Below the pieces are notes generated by a model. The model was given only the letters and a program-made list of their open reading frames with translations. It had not been told where the DNA came from and ran no database searches. This document shows positions 1-37,413 of a DNA stretch of 41,268 nt, piece by piece. The stretch is taken from the NCBI GenBank assembly GCA_033442325.1, contig JAWQFM010000012.1, positions 283,117 through 324,384 on the forward strand, in the 5' to 3' direction. A program made the position numbers and the translations under genes. The DNA comes from Salpingoeca rosetta. Its lineage: Eukaryota > Protista > Choanoflagellata. Each line of letters opens with the position of its first letter. The first letter of the stretch is position 1.

Positions 1-1149
1 CACACGCACACACACACGCAAGTGCAAGCGACTTAGTCGCACTGGGCCAAACATTCGTGTTTGGGGTTGTAGAGTTGTGGTGCAACGCCACGGCCCACGC
101 CACTCACGACACCGAGGTGCCACGGCCGCGCTCGATGCTGTCTGTAGGTTGGCGACACCGGGAGAGGGCCGTGTTCATTTCTCTGTCGAACACTGCCTGC
201 AACCATGGCATCACCCCAGCGAATGTTGATGTGAAGCTGTACAACGCACCTGCAACAAGAAAACAAGACACGCATATCCACACATCCGCACATCCGCTCA
301 CAGGGCGTCGCTCTGTTCCCCTGCTTCTAAGTCTGATTCAGACACGCCGTCATCGTCCCCCTCCTCACACTCTTCGCCCTCTTCTCCATCTTCACCCTCA
401 TCCATCCGTTCGTCAACCCAATCAACCTCCTCATCGAGCACGACTGCGGCTGCTTGTTCAACGTCCATCTCCTCAGTGCTATCAGCGCTCGCAGCTCGGG
501 TGGTTGTACATGGTGCTGCTTGCTCTACTGCCTCCTCTTCGCCCCTGCCATCGATGATGCGCCGCTGCCGCTCCAGCTGCTTGTCGATCGAGTCGATGAT
601 GGCTTGCACGCGCGTCTTGCCATCTTTGCGGTACTGCCCGCGATCCTCTGCCAGGCGTTGGATTTCTTCCTCCAGACGCCTTTCAACATCCTCGAAGGTT
701 GTATCGAGGCTGTATCTGCGGCCGACGTTGCCCTTGATCAGCGCCCACACGAGCTCGATTGGGTTGAGGTCGCTGTAGCACGGAGGGGAGAAGAGCACCT
801 TGTGGCCTTGCGCCTCGGCCAGCTGCACCACCTCGGGTTGGACGTGGTTCTTCACCCACAACTTCAGGCGGTCTTTCAGCTCGCAGGAGAAGTCAATCTC
901 GCTCACGGTCAGGTTCCTGGCTCGCAGAGCTGCAATGACGTCCGCTTTCTTCATTCTCCCCGGGACTGGCGTGTCTGGTGGGAGGGTGCGGTGGTACGCT
1001 GCGTTGTCCATGATGATGAGCGACGGCTGGTGCAGGTTCGGCAGCAACGCATCCTTGAACCAGCTGATGAAGTTGTCAGAATTAAAGGCTTTATGATAGT
1101 CCCCTGTATGGAAGCTCCCACGAGAAGGCTTCCGGGGACGGCCCTGCTG

Positions 1150-1336
1150 TTGCTGTGGTTGCTCAGGGAGGTCTTCGTCAGCGACGGGGCACTTCTTCCG
1201 CGTGTGCCCTGGCTGCTTGCATCGACCACACTTGCGTGTGGATGGTTGCTTCTGTGGTTGTTGAGGCAGGTTTTCTTCAGCGACGGGGCACTTCTTCCGC
1301 GTGTGCCCTGGCTGCTTGCACCGGCTGCACTTGCGC
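1150..1336 (-). repeat. 99-bp tandem duplication encoding two CCHC zinc knuckles
   Basis: cagcgacggggcacttcttccgcgtgtgccctggctgcttgca occurs at 1179 and 1278. In the frame of GDYHK it reads RKCSRCKQPGHTRKKC and RKCGRCKQPGHTRKKC (CX2CX4HX4C). Confidence 0.9.
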
Positions 1337-1504
1337 GCTGATGACTGCGATGCTTGTGGCTGCTCCTCATCGCCTGCACCGTCAGTCTGAGGAATTCGCA
1401 GGGGGATTGGAGGCAGACACGCCGATGGTGGTGATGGTGATGATGGTGGCGGCGGTGGCGGTTGAAGTGACGATGATGGTTGCGGAGGAGGAGGTGGTGG
1501 TGCT

Positions 1505-1785
<281 letters not shown>

Positions 1786-2118
1786 CGCTCACGCTGCAGT
1801 GCGCTGCCAGGGTCGAAGATCCAGCTCGTGCCTGGAACAGGACCGGCGAGGGCGCGGTCGTTGCGGTCACTGACGGTGCACACGCGCGGATCCGGGCCCT
1901 GAACTGCGAGGGCAAAGCAGTAGCGCCGACCCCGCTTGATCTTGCGATGACTGTGCATGTCTTGACCGTCGTTGGGGTCATACAGGGAGTCTCTGTTCCT
2001 GTTGTAGTTCCTGTCAATGTATGATTCATCGAGATACACCTACAGGCAATTGAGCCACGTGAGACACGAAAAGGGAACATTGCACATGCGAAGAAACATC
2101 GACAACACAGCAGCATGG

Positions 2119-2153
<35 letters not shown>

Positions 2154-3066
2154 NNNNNNNNNNNNNNNNNNNNNNNNNNNNNNNNNNNNNNNNNNNNNNN
2201 NNNNNNNNNNNNNNNNNNNNNNNNNNNNNNNNNNNNNNNNNNNNNNNNNNNNNNNNNNNNNNNNNNNNNNNNNNNNNNNNNNNNNNNNNNNNNNNNNNNN
2301 NNNNNNNNNNNNNNNNNNNNNNNNNNNNNNNNNNNNNNNNNNNNNNNNNNNNNNNNNNNNNNNNNNNNNNNNNNNNNNNNNNNNNNNNNNNNNNNNNNNN
2401 NNNNNNNNNNNNNNNNNNNNNNNNNNNNNNNNNNNNNNNNNNNNNNNNNNNNNNNNNNNNNNNNNNNNNNNNNNNNNNNNNNNNNNNNNNNNNNNNNNNN
2501 NNNNNNNNNNNNNNNNNNNNNNNNNNNNNNNNNNNNNNNNNNNNNNNNNNNNNNNNNNNNNNNNNNNNNNNNNNNNNNNNNNNNNNNNNNNNNNNNNNNN
2601 NNNNNNNNNNNNNNNNNNNNNNNNNNNNNNNNNNNNNNNNNNNNNNNNNNNNNNNNNNNNNNNNNNNNNNNNNNNNNNNNNNNNNNNNNNNNNNNNNNNN
2701 NNNNNNNNNNNNNNNNNNNNNNNNNNNNNNNNNNNNNNNNNNNNNNNNNNNNNNNNNNNNNNNNNNNNNNNNNNNNNNNNNNNNNNNNNNNNNNNNNNNN
2801 NNNNNNNNNNNNNNNNNNNNNNNNNNNNNNNNNNNNNNNNNNNNNNNNNNNNNNNNNNNNNNNNNNNNNNNNNNNNNNNNNNNNNNNNNNNNNNNNNNNN
2901 NNNNNNNNNNNNNNNNNNNNNNNNNNNNNNNNNNNNNNNNNNNNNNNNNNNNNNNNNNNNNNNNNNNNNNNNNNNNNNNNNNNNNNNNNNNNNNNNNNNN
3001 NNNNNNNNNNNNNNNNNNNNNNNNNNNNNNNNNNNNNNNNNNNNNNNNNNNNNNNNNNNNNNNNNN
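2154..3066. other. Assembly gap (N run)
   Basis: Run of n following a (CA)n tract. Confidence 1.
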
Positions 3067-3386
3067 TTGGGCATGTCTTGTCGTGCCCGCTTTGGTGAGT
3101 TGGTGGCAGCTCGCCTTCATCCTTTCATCGTCGTCGCTCAACACCTCGAAATTAGGCAAAAACATCATCGCCCATCGTGGATGATGGTGGTTGAAGCACC
3201 CCAAACCAGCGCAGATGCATGTGCAAGGCCGGCGTGGTGCTGCCGGGCAGCCTGCACACGACTCAAATCCAACCACAAACGAGAAAAATAAAACCCTACC
3301 ATTTCGTGTGTCGGGCGCGATGTTGATGTGAGAAAAATAAACTATTATGACGATTATTCACCACCATATTGAGAATCATCAACATC

Positions 3387-6438
<3,052 letters not shown>

Positions 6439-6972
6439 CCGCCCCTGCACAGGCTGTGTGTTTGCGGTGGGAATGGTTGTGTGACTGTGATGGAGATGGT
6501 GGTCTGAGTCTTGGTCGCAAGGGATCATTTAACAACGGGTGCTGTTGTCGTGCGATGAGCTTGTAGTGTGTGTGTGTGTGTGTGTCATGAACTCATTCAT
6601 TCAAAGTGTGTGCGTGTGTTGGCGAGGACAAGAAACCGACAGTTGCATCCACAAGACACAAAGCGGCACATGATTGCGTTTGATTTGAGGCTGTGTATTG
6701 ATTGGTCAACAAGTCTGCTGCAACAGCAGCGGGCGGCTGTGGCAGCACACGAACAAGCAAACACGCACACAAACAAGCGAGCCAGGGCAAGGAAGAGGGA
6801 AGCTATCACCAACACGTGCCAACGCACATGTCAGGGGGTTGAATATGGCTTGCCAGTTGATCGAAAAGAGCATAGGACACCAAAGGGGGAGGGGAGGTAA
6901 TACAGGCGTGAACAGCAACAAGAACAAGGAGGCTGACAGATGGAAAAACACAAGCGTGGGTGTCGTTACACA

Positions 6973-7044
<72 letters not shown>

Positions 7045-7113
7045 TACACACAGACGCGTACGCACGCGCACGAGTACATACACATATTGTCCCACACACG
7101 CACGCGCGGTGGC

Positions 7114-7746
7114 CTAGAAGAGCAGAGCAGAGCCCGTGGAGCCGCCAAAGTTTCCAGTGGACGATACGGACTTTTGGGCCTTACGAAGCGACGCAACCCA
7201 CGAGCGTGCGTCGGCCTCCTCGCGCGCAATGACGTCGAGCGACTTCTTGTCCATGATCAAGGTAAACGCCTCCGGCTGCTCCCGGTGCTCGACAATGGAG
7301 GTGATCTTGCCCACGTCGATGGTGGAGATGGGTTTGGACGTGACCGAGGACGAGTACTTGAGCACGCCGTCCTGGAGGTTAAACCACCGCTCCTTCAACC
7401 CGCCACGACGCGACAGCGTCTTGCGAGGCTCCAGAACTCGCAGCCATCCAGACCGCTCCAGCCGCACGTCCTCGCCGTGGCCCACGGAGTCCAACACATC
7501 GCCTGAGGAGGTGGCAGACTCTGCCTGCGCCTCGCCGTTGCTTGTTGTTGTGGTCGCCTCTGAGGGGGTGGGCGTCTCGCTCACTGCCTGTGCGCCTTCG
7601 CCAGGTGCTGCATCCGCCTGCCGCGCAACCGACTCAGATGCGCCCGTCTCTGGCTCTGGCATCTGTTCTGCTTCCGCCCCGAAATCCCCAAACCCGTGGT
7701 CTTCCTCCTCGTCAAACCCAAAGCCCTCAAACTCCTCGTCTGCCAT
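7114..7746 (-). CDS. Single-exon 210-aa pleckstrin-homology (PH) domain protein with acidic Phe/Gly N-terminus
   Basis: ATG at 7746. PH signature RSGWLRVL...KERWFNLQDGVLKY...PISTIDV...FTLIM...AREEADARSWVASLRKA. N-terminus MADEEFEGFGFDEEEDHGFGDFG. Confidence 0.85.
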   Translation of the reverse strand: MADEEFEGFGFDEEEDHGFGDFGAEAEQMPEPETGASESVARQADAAPGEGAQAVSETPTPSEATTTTSNGEAQAESATSSGDVLDSVGHGEDVRLERSGWLRVLEPRKTLSRRGGLKERWFNLQDGVLKYSSSVTSKPISTIDVGKITSIVEHREQPEAFTLIMDKKSLDVIAREEADARSWVASLRKAQKSVSSTGNFGGSTGSALLF

Positions 7747-7780
7747 GCTTGCGCGTACTTGCACCACCACCAAAGTGCAC

Positions 7781-7834
7781 AGTTGAGCTGCGTTGAGCTG
7801 CGTTGAGCTGAGTTGAGCTGAGCTGCGTTGAGCT
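7781..7834. repeat. Tandem 10-mer (GTTGAGCTG[C/A]) x about 5 just upstream of the PH gene
   Basis: agttgagctg cgttgagctg cgttgagctg agttgagctg agctgcgttg agct. Confidence 0.85.
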
Positions 7835-8275
7835 AATGATAGCGCAACAAGCTAAAGCAAGCAAAACGACACAATCTTATTTGATGTGATGGATCTGTAC
7901 ACGCCGTCAAGCAACACACGCACACACGCACACACGTCGATGCACACAGCAAGCAAAACAAAGAGCTGTTGTGGTTGGTGGTTGGTTGTCGTGAAAGGAG
8001 AGAGGGAGAAACAAAAACAAAGGCAATGTTGAAGAAAAGTAATGGACAATTTCTACAAAGTTTCCGGACAGTGGCAGCGATACGGACAACAAGCAACAAC
8101 GTGCGCGCTCAAGTGCTGGTCGTGGTGCTGAGGTGGTTGATAGAGTTTGGGGTTGTGGTGGACAGTGGTAGACAACAGGAGTGGGAGTGTGAGTGTGTGA
8201 CCGAAAGAGAGACAGAGGGAGGGAGCTCACGCTTGTTTTTGTGGGTCTTGCTTGCTTGCAGGATTCCTTCCCACC

Positions 8276-19221
<10,946 letters not shown>

Positions 19222-19734
19222 AAAGGACAGCTGCAGGATCGAATAAACAAGGACAAGCATGGAGCACTAGGCAACAACGGCGACAACAACCAACCAACAA
19301 CCAACCCACCCTTCCGATCACCACCACAACCCAACCCTCGTTGTTCTTGTGGCTTGTCACGTGTTCACACAACAGACGGCTACACTACACAGGTGGCAAT
19401 GGGATCGAAAACGAAGAGCCATCCGCACACACAGCACATGCTTGTCGTCATGAAGCACACGCAAAGATGGCGACCCACAGATCGTGGTTGATTAAACGTC
19501 TATTCGGCATCACACAGGCCTCAAGTAACAACACCCCTCATGTACACACACACACAAACACAAACACACACACACGCACACACACGCACACACACAGACA
19601 CAGACGCATTCATGTGCCGCAACAGCTCTGGGGATGTCTCAAACAAGCGACCATGCATGCTGCAATTACGCTTCGCAACAGGACAACGCGTTCAAAGCAG
19701 GAAACGTGCAGGTTCTGTTGCCTGCAAGCTGTCG

Positions 19735-20004
19735 TTACTCTGCATCCGCCTTCTTCACGGGCGGTCCACAGGGCGAAATCATCCTCTGCATGGCGTGTTT
19801 GCAAATCGTAACATGACGCCGGTCGGTGAGGCACGGGCAAGACAAACCGTATTGCAGTACAGTGCACGTTGTGCACGTAGTGAACGTGCACGTTATGTGT
19901 GGATGAGCGGCAAGAAGCAAGGGAATAGGGCACCCTGCGGCCTTGTGGACGCATACCAGGAGCAACCATGCACGCTTGGTACATGTGGACCCCAAAAAGC
20001 ACAC

Positions 20005-20035
<31 letters not shown>

Positions 20036-20597
20036 GACATGACTGACCTGGAGGAGGTTGAATCGCGTGCGTTCTCGCGATTCGTTCTCTGCAATGGAGA
20101 CGTAGTCCATCAAGCCCTCGTGGCCAATCATGGATGTGTATGTGTCGCGGTGCTGGTTGGTCACCCACTCACTACACGTACGCAGGGAAGAGGTGTGTCA
20201 GTAGGTTTCAGAATGCACAAGCGTGTGTACATGTGCATGTGAGAGAGTGAGAGAGACAGAGAGAGGCAGAGAGGGACAGTGTGTGCGTGTTTTTGTGTCA
20301 GTTGTGAGTGGACAACGAACGAGCAAACTTTAGCAATCTATCGCAGAGCGTGCGCGGCGTGCAACGTACTGCTTGGTTGTGTCTGCATGTCCAGTGCCCA
20401 TGTACTTGGATTGCACTGCTCAAACAAACAAACAAACAAACAAACAAATACCGCGCACGTTCGCAAGGAAAAGGGTGAGCGCACGCGGGAGTTGATGAAA
20501 CAGGCACAGAAGGCGCATTGTAACGTACTCACACAGAGAGAGAGAAAAAGAGAGAGAGGCCATCATACACACAGCCACACACACACACACAGACACA

Positions 20598-20632
<35 letters not shown>

Positions 20633-20745
20633 CACACACACACACACAACACACACACACAAACACACAAACACACAAACACACAAACACAGAGCCACTC
20701 ACGGTGCTCCTGCTGCGAGTGGATGTTGTATCTTGACTCAGCCAT
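19735..20745 (-). CDS. SF3B5: Splicing factor 3B subunit 5 (SF3b10), 4 exons
   Basis: Spliced: MAESRYNIHSQQEH | LQSKYMGTGHADTTKH | EWVTNQHRDTYTSMIGHEGLMDYVSIAENESRERTRFNLLQ | RMISPCGPPVKKADAE*. This matches the SF3B5 family pattern (QLEHLQSKYxGTGHADTTK...NQHRD...IAENES...PCGPP). Confidence 0.95.
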
Positions 20746-21251
20746 CGTCGTCGTCGTCGTTCCCCTCTGCTCTCTGCTGTGTCCTTGGTCAAATTTACCT
20801 TTGTTGTTTGTGCCTTGAAGTCAAAAATGACTTGATTTTGACAGGCCAAAACCCACCTGGGCGGGAATTGAGACGTGCGCACGCGGTGTGGGTGCCTTTT
20901 TTCCCACCTCGTCTTCAGCACACTGCCTGACCTCTTGCCTCTCTTTGGTGCGCCAGCCTCGATATGGGGGTTGGATGGGGCTGCTGGTGTTGGATGGTGG
21001 CACGCATGTGCTCTGTGCCCTGTGTGCCCTGTGTGCCCTGTGCTCTGTGCTCTGTGCTCTTTGCTCTGTGCCGTACTGCATTGTGTGTTTCTGTTCCTAT
21101 CGATGTGTTCTTCCCCTGCCTCGCCTGCGCACATCACCCACACCACGCACACATACAAATACACACACACGTACACCCGCCGCTCACACATACACACATG
21201 CACACACCACATTCGTACATATCATCAGGCACACAGACACAGACCACAGCC

Positions 21252-22498
21252 ATGGCCCGCGACAAGAAGGCGAAGCAGGAGCTCGTGACCCGCGAGTTCA
21301 CCATCCACCTGCACAAGCGTATCCACGGCATGTGAGTTTTCACCCTCCCACGAGCGCACGAACCAGCACACACCGATGTACCGATGGCGCTGAAGTTGCT
21401 GCAGACGCTGTCCAACTGCCAGCACACGGCACAATGCCGCTGACATACACACACACATGCACACATGCACACACCCTTTCACCAAAATCACGCACACTCA
21501 CACACGCGCGCGCGCGTGCTCTTGTTTGCAGTGGCTTCAAGAGGCGTGCACCCCGTGCCATCTCCGAGATCCGCAAGTTCGCCACAAAGGTACAGCTTGC
21601 AACCCACACGCGAACAGGCGCGAGTAGTGTGTGTGCATTGTTGTGCAGGCGAAGGAGGTGCTTGGCACAGAAAGATGTTTGGTCGGTTCGCGAGCGAGCG
21701 AGTGTCAGAGGGAATCAACGAAGACGGTCGTGCCGATGGACGACACACGCTGAGGGCAGCATCGAGTTGTGCTGCCGCACTTCCTTCCCTCCATGTATTG
21801 TTGGCAAAGCGGCACACACGCACGCGCAACCGCCAACACACTCATCACATCCCAAAGCCTGCAAATGATCCATGGCCTCTTTCTTTCTTCTGCCAGCGTG
21901 TGCCGCTGTACCGACCTGTCTCGTCTGACACGCCACGCTCACCACGCCTCTTGCCTGCCTGTCGCTGTGTCGATGCTTTGTTGCTGTGGTGCTGTGTAGC
22001 ACATGGGCACCACCGACGTGCGCATCCACGCCGACCTGAACAAGTTCATCTGGTCCCGTGGTATCCGCAACGTGCCCCGCCGCGTGCGCGTGCGCATCTC
22101 CAGGAAGCGCAACGAGGATGAGGAGGCCGAGAACAAGCTGTACTCCCTTGTCACCTTTGTCGATGTCCCCACCTTCAAGCGTGAGTTGGTGTTGGTATAA
22201 GCGACGACCGAAACAAGGGTGGTCGTTGGGAATGGCGATGAGTGGAGTCGATGTGTGTGAGTGTGGGTGTGTGGGTGCGCCATGCTGACGACAGCTGACC
22301 ATCACTTTTGATATGCCGCCCCACAAACACCTGCACGCACGCACACTCAATCGCGCTCACACCACAACGCTGCTGACGCTCGCTCACTTGCACTCACACT
22401 TGCTCCTTTTTTCTGGCTTGGTGTTTGGTGCTGGTGCAGAGCTCGGCACTAAGGTCGTTGATGAGGAGGAGGAGGAGCTCGAGGAGGCTGAGGAGTAA
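21252..22498 (+). CDS. RPL31: 60S ribosomal protein eL31, 4 exons
   Basis: [26 protein letters not shown] | [20 protein letters not shown] | [41 protein letters not shown]...VPTFK | [18 protein letters not shown]. Confidence 0.97.
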
Positions 22499-22974
22499 AC
22501 GTCACACAAACACGCAGATATCATCAGTTGCTGTTTCGGTTGTGTTTGTGTTGTTGTGACGCTCCCGTGTGGTTTCGTTTCTGAGACTCTCCCCTCTCTG
22601 CTCTCCCTTTTGTTGCTCTGCGCCTTAATCCACCTGTACCACCCTTCTCGTCACCTCCGCTGCCTCCACTGCTCTCGCCCTCGTGTTGAGTGCGAGCTGC
22701 TTTTGTTTGGGGACCGGTGCTGCCTGGCTTGAGGAGGCTGTCTGCTGCGTGCCTGGCGTTGTACTCGTGGGTGCAACGTTGCAAAGATACACACATGGCA
22801 CTTAGTCCGTGACTGCACAGACAAAAGGAAAGAGAGGGGAGGTCGGTTGTGTTGGCACTTCAGACAAGACAGCGCAAGCACACCCACACAGACATTGGTG
22901 ACGAAGCTTCAATTACAACAGTACAAAGAGGCAGGCAAGTGTTGACGATAATGATTGCCGGTGTGCCCGCGAAA

Positions 22975-23981
22975 TCATGAAGCAATGTACTTGTTCCTCT
23001 CTCGGTCTAATCTGCTCTTGGCAGCAGGCGGGTCAAGGTCAAGGCCTGCTGTCGCTGCCGCGGTTGTAGTTGTTGTTGCTGAGGGGACGCGGCGTGATGG
23101 GTCTGGACGGTACCGGTACTCTCCATTTTGAGAGTTGGCGGGCTGCCGGCGTTGTGTGGGGTGGGGTGGTGGGTTGGGAGTGAGAGGGGGGGAACGGAGC
23201 AGAAGGGAGAGAACGTGAGTGTTCATCTTCAGCTGTGGTGTGACAACTAAATAATTACAGTGGTTCGATCGAGCGACATGTGCGCACACATACGCGCACA
23301 CACATACGCGCACACACACACACACACACATACACACACGCACACACACACACACACACACAACATTCACGCACACACGCACACTCACACATGTGCACGC
23401 ACACATTCACGCACACACACGCACAACATTCACGCACACATTCACGCACACACGCACACGCACACCTCAAATCGTAGGCGCATGCCGAGGTATGTCGTCT
23501 CCTTCACCTCGCGAAGGACTCGCTCCGCATCCTGCGGGTTCTCATACCTCTTACACAGCAGCAGCGTCAGTGATACAAACACCGCGCATACCAGCAAGTG
23601 AGGGCATGAAGGAGGGTGGCTGCTTTGATGTGGTCCCGAGCAAACACCAAGCGTGCGTTTCCCCCCCCCCCCACCCCGCCCAAAAAGCTGCTTACCAGAA
23701 AGCCGTAGCGACCCCTGCACTCGTATGATGACAGGCGCCCGTATACCTCGCCAACCTTTCGCAGGTCAGCTGCGAGTGAAACAGAGATGTGATGCAGTAC
23801 AACACAGACACGTCGTGGGATGTGAGATGGGTGGCAATGCGGGTTTGTCGGAGGCAACATGGGCAGTGATTGAAAAAAGAGATTGGAATCAGAAGAGAGG
23901 GCAAGAGAGAGGGGGAGAGTGAGAGTGAGAGAGAGTGAGTGTGTGTGTGTGTGTGTGAGTGAGTGAGAGAGCAGCAGCAGC

Positions 23982-24040
<59 letters not shown>

Positions 24041-24116
24041 CGGTCGCAACAAAGGGTATCTCACCTGCGTTGAGCTTGCGCACATCAAACACAGCCAAGC
24101 AGTGGATGGGCGGCAT
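22975..24116 (-). CDS. Small single-RRM protein (about 125 aa) resembling RRM1 of SR proteins, no RS domain
   Basis: Exons 24116-24065, 23769-23696, 23549-23466 and 23142-22975 splice in phase: [72 protein letters not shown]...; RNP1-like RYGFLRY. Confidence 0.75.
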
Positions 24117-24183
24117 CGTGACAGCTGTTGCTTGCTTCTTGCTTGCTTGCTTGTTGAGCGACGCAGTGATATGTGACTACTGT

Positions 24184-29038
<4,855 letters not shown>

Positions 29039-30171
29039 TGTCTGCTGGTGCTGTGTCAGCGCAGAAAAGTGGACAAAATTTTCCACGAATCGTCGCAACT
29101 GTTTGGATTTGGGAGGGAGCGCGATGAGTTTGTCTCCTCCCTCCCTTCCTTCCATTTGTCATCTCACCTGTCCATTTCTCACTTTTGCTTGGGGTCACTG
29201 TTGTTGCAGTGTTAAGGAAAGTCTTTCTTTCTTTCTTTCTTTTCTTTCTTTCTTTTTCTTTCTTTCTTTCTTTCTTTGGTGAGAGCAGTATTGTTACAGG
29301 GTTGGTCAATACACACGAGAGGGCAAAGGCCATCATGTTGCTTGCTGAAGGGGCGTCAAGGAGGCAAGCACACAGCGAAAACCGCTTGCGACAAGCAACT
29401 CAGGTGTGGTCACAACACCACGCACATCCGGTTCCAAACAACTCGAACAAACGACAACGACAAAAGCTACACCCACAGTCATGTCAAGCCACATGTCGCA
29501 CACACGCAGACGCACACGTGCACGCACAAGCGCACGCACAGGCACACACGTACAATTGCGCTCAAGTAAAAACACGATGAAGCAACGATGACAAAGATGC
29601 CCATGATATGAAATGTGAAGCCCAGGCTGTTCAACAACAACAACACGTGTTCTCTGGTGAATCGAGCTCTGTTCTAAAGAAAAGAGGGAGGAGGAGGCGC
29701 GTGAACCAACAACAAACAACAACAGCAACAGCAACAACAAAAGCGATGACGACTTGGAGAAGGAGATCATGGGAGAAGAACTCACAGCACTGCAAGGAAG
29801 AAGGACGAGGATGAGAGAGAATGAGAAGACATAGAAAAGGGGGGGGGGCGAGGATGAAGGGAGCGAGCAGAACAATGCACGTGTGTGCTGCGATGATCGT
29901 CATGACCACAAACGAGTGAGTGCATGCTTCCCCCTCGCACTTAAAGAAACGACACACGGAAAAGACAAGGAAAAGAAAAAAGAGAAGAAGAGACAGCACG
30001 TGTGCTTGCATTGTAGACCACATCAACGTCATCATCATGTACATAGCCACAGCACGTTGTTCGAAGACAACACAGAACAAACGTGCATACAGAAGGATGC
30101 ATGCAGGCACTCACACACAGGAGAAGACACACGCTCACGAGATGAACACGGCGAGTGAGAAAGTGAGAGAA

Positions 30172-36680
<6,509 letters not shown>

Positions 36681-37413
36681 CTTGACCACCTGCTTGTGTT
36701 TCTGCTGCTGCTGCTGCTGCTGATGCTGATGGGATGGGATGTATGGTGCTGCGCTGCTTCACCCACTCGCCGCTCAGACTGCGGGTCGGAGAAGAGAATA
36801 CAGCAGGCGCAACGAGAGCCGACGAAAGAAAGAACTGGTACTGCTGCTGGCTGCTGCGGTGCACAAGGTGGGTAGCAAACACCAGGATATCGCTGTGCCA
36901 GCCAAATAGACAATATCAGAGAGGGCGAGGGGAGCGTGTGTGAGCGCGTGTAAGTGGGTGAGTGAAGGACGGGAAAGAGAGGCACGCTCGCTGTGTGCGC
37001 TGCTGCGCTTTGTGTCTGTGGGTGCTGTGCTTGACCGTGGCCACGAGTGTGATCGTGATGCTGGGTGGATGAAGGGTTGTGTCAGAGCACACGGTCTCCT
37101 GCTCCACTCCTTCACCAATGCTCACTCTCCGCGAATGCGTGTGTGCGTGCGTGGATGGGTGTTGGTGTGAAGAAGATAAGGAGGGGAGGCTGCTGGATTC
37201 CGTACGTGCTTGCTTGCTTGCTCACAGGCTTGCTCACAGGCACTTGCGCGGTGCTTGGTGGTGGTGCGTGCCTTCCTCACCTTGTTCTCGCTGAGCTTGG
37301 CTTCTTGTTGGCTTGGTGGCTTGGCTTGCTGTTGCTGGTGTGTTGTGTTGTTCGTCAGTTTGCCTGCCGATTCGCTCCCGGCTTTTCGTTGTGGATGATT
37401 TTGATGCGATCCC

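Noticed and set aside
21-43. Small hairpin GCGACT-T-AGTCGC near the window start as a transposon end
   Set aside because: Too short, and there is no matching copy on the other side of the transposase.
2017-3291. ORFs spanning the N run
   Set aside because: Artefacts of translating the gap.
6940-7232. Many long ORFs of CVCVCV/HTHTHT/SLSLSL/ERERER type throughout the ORF track (example shown)
   Set aside because: Translations of intronic or intergenic dinucleotide microsatellites, which lack stop codons.
7781-7834. Short tandem repeats here and at 38919-38970 as CRISPR-like arrays
   Set aside because: No unique spacers, eukaryotic context, and no cas genes.
22232-22302. Possible box C/D snoRNA in RPL31 intron 3 (ATGG-CGATGA...CTGA-CCAT)
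   Set aside because: The C box is imperfect, the interior is GT-repeat-like, and I could not identify an rRNA-complementary guide. A snoscan/Infernal run would settle it.
29200-30240. ORFs between the F-box start and the scaffold stop
   Set aside because: Low-complexity UTR/intergenic sequence with no coding signal or domain motifs.
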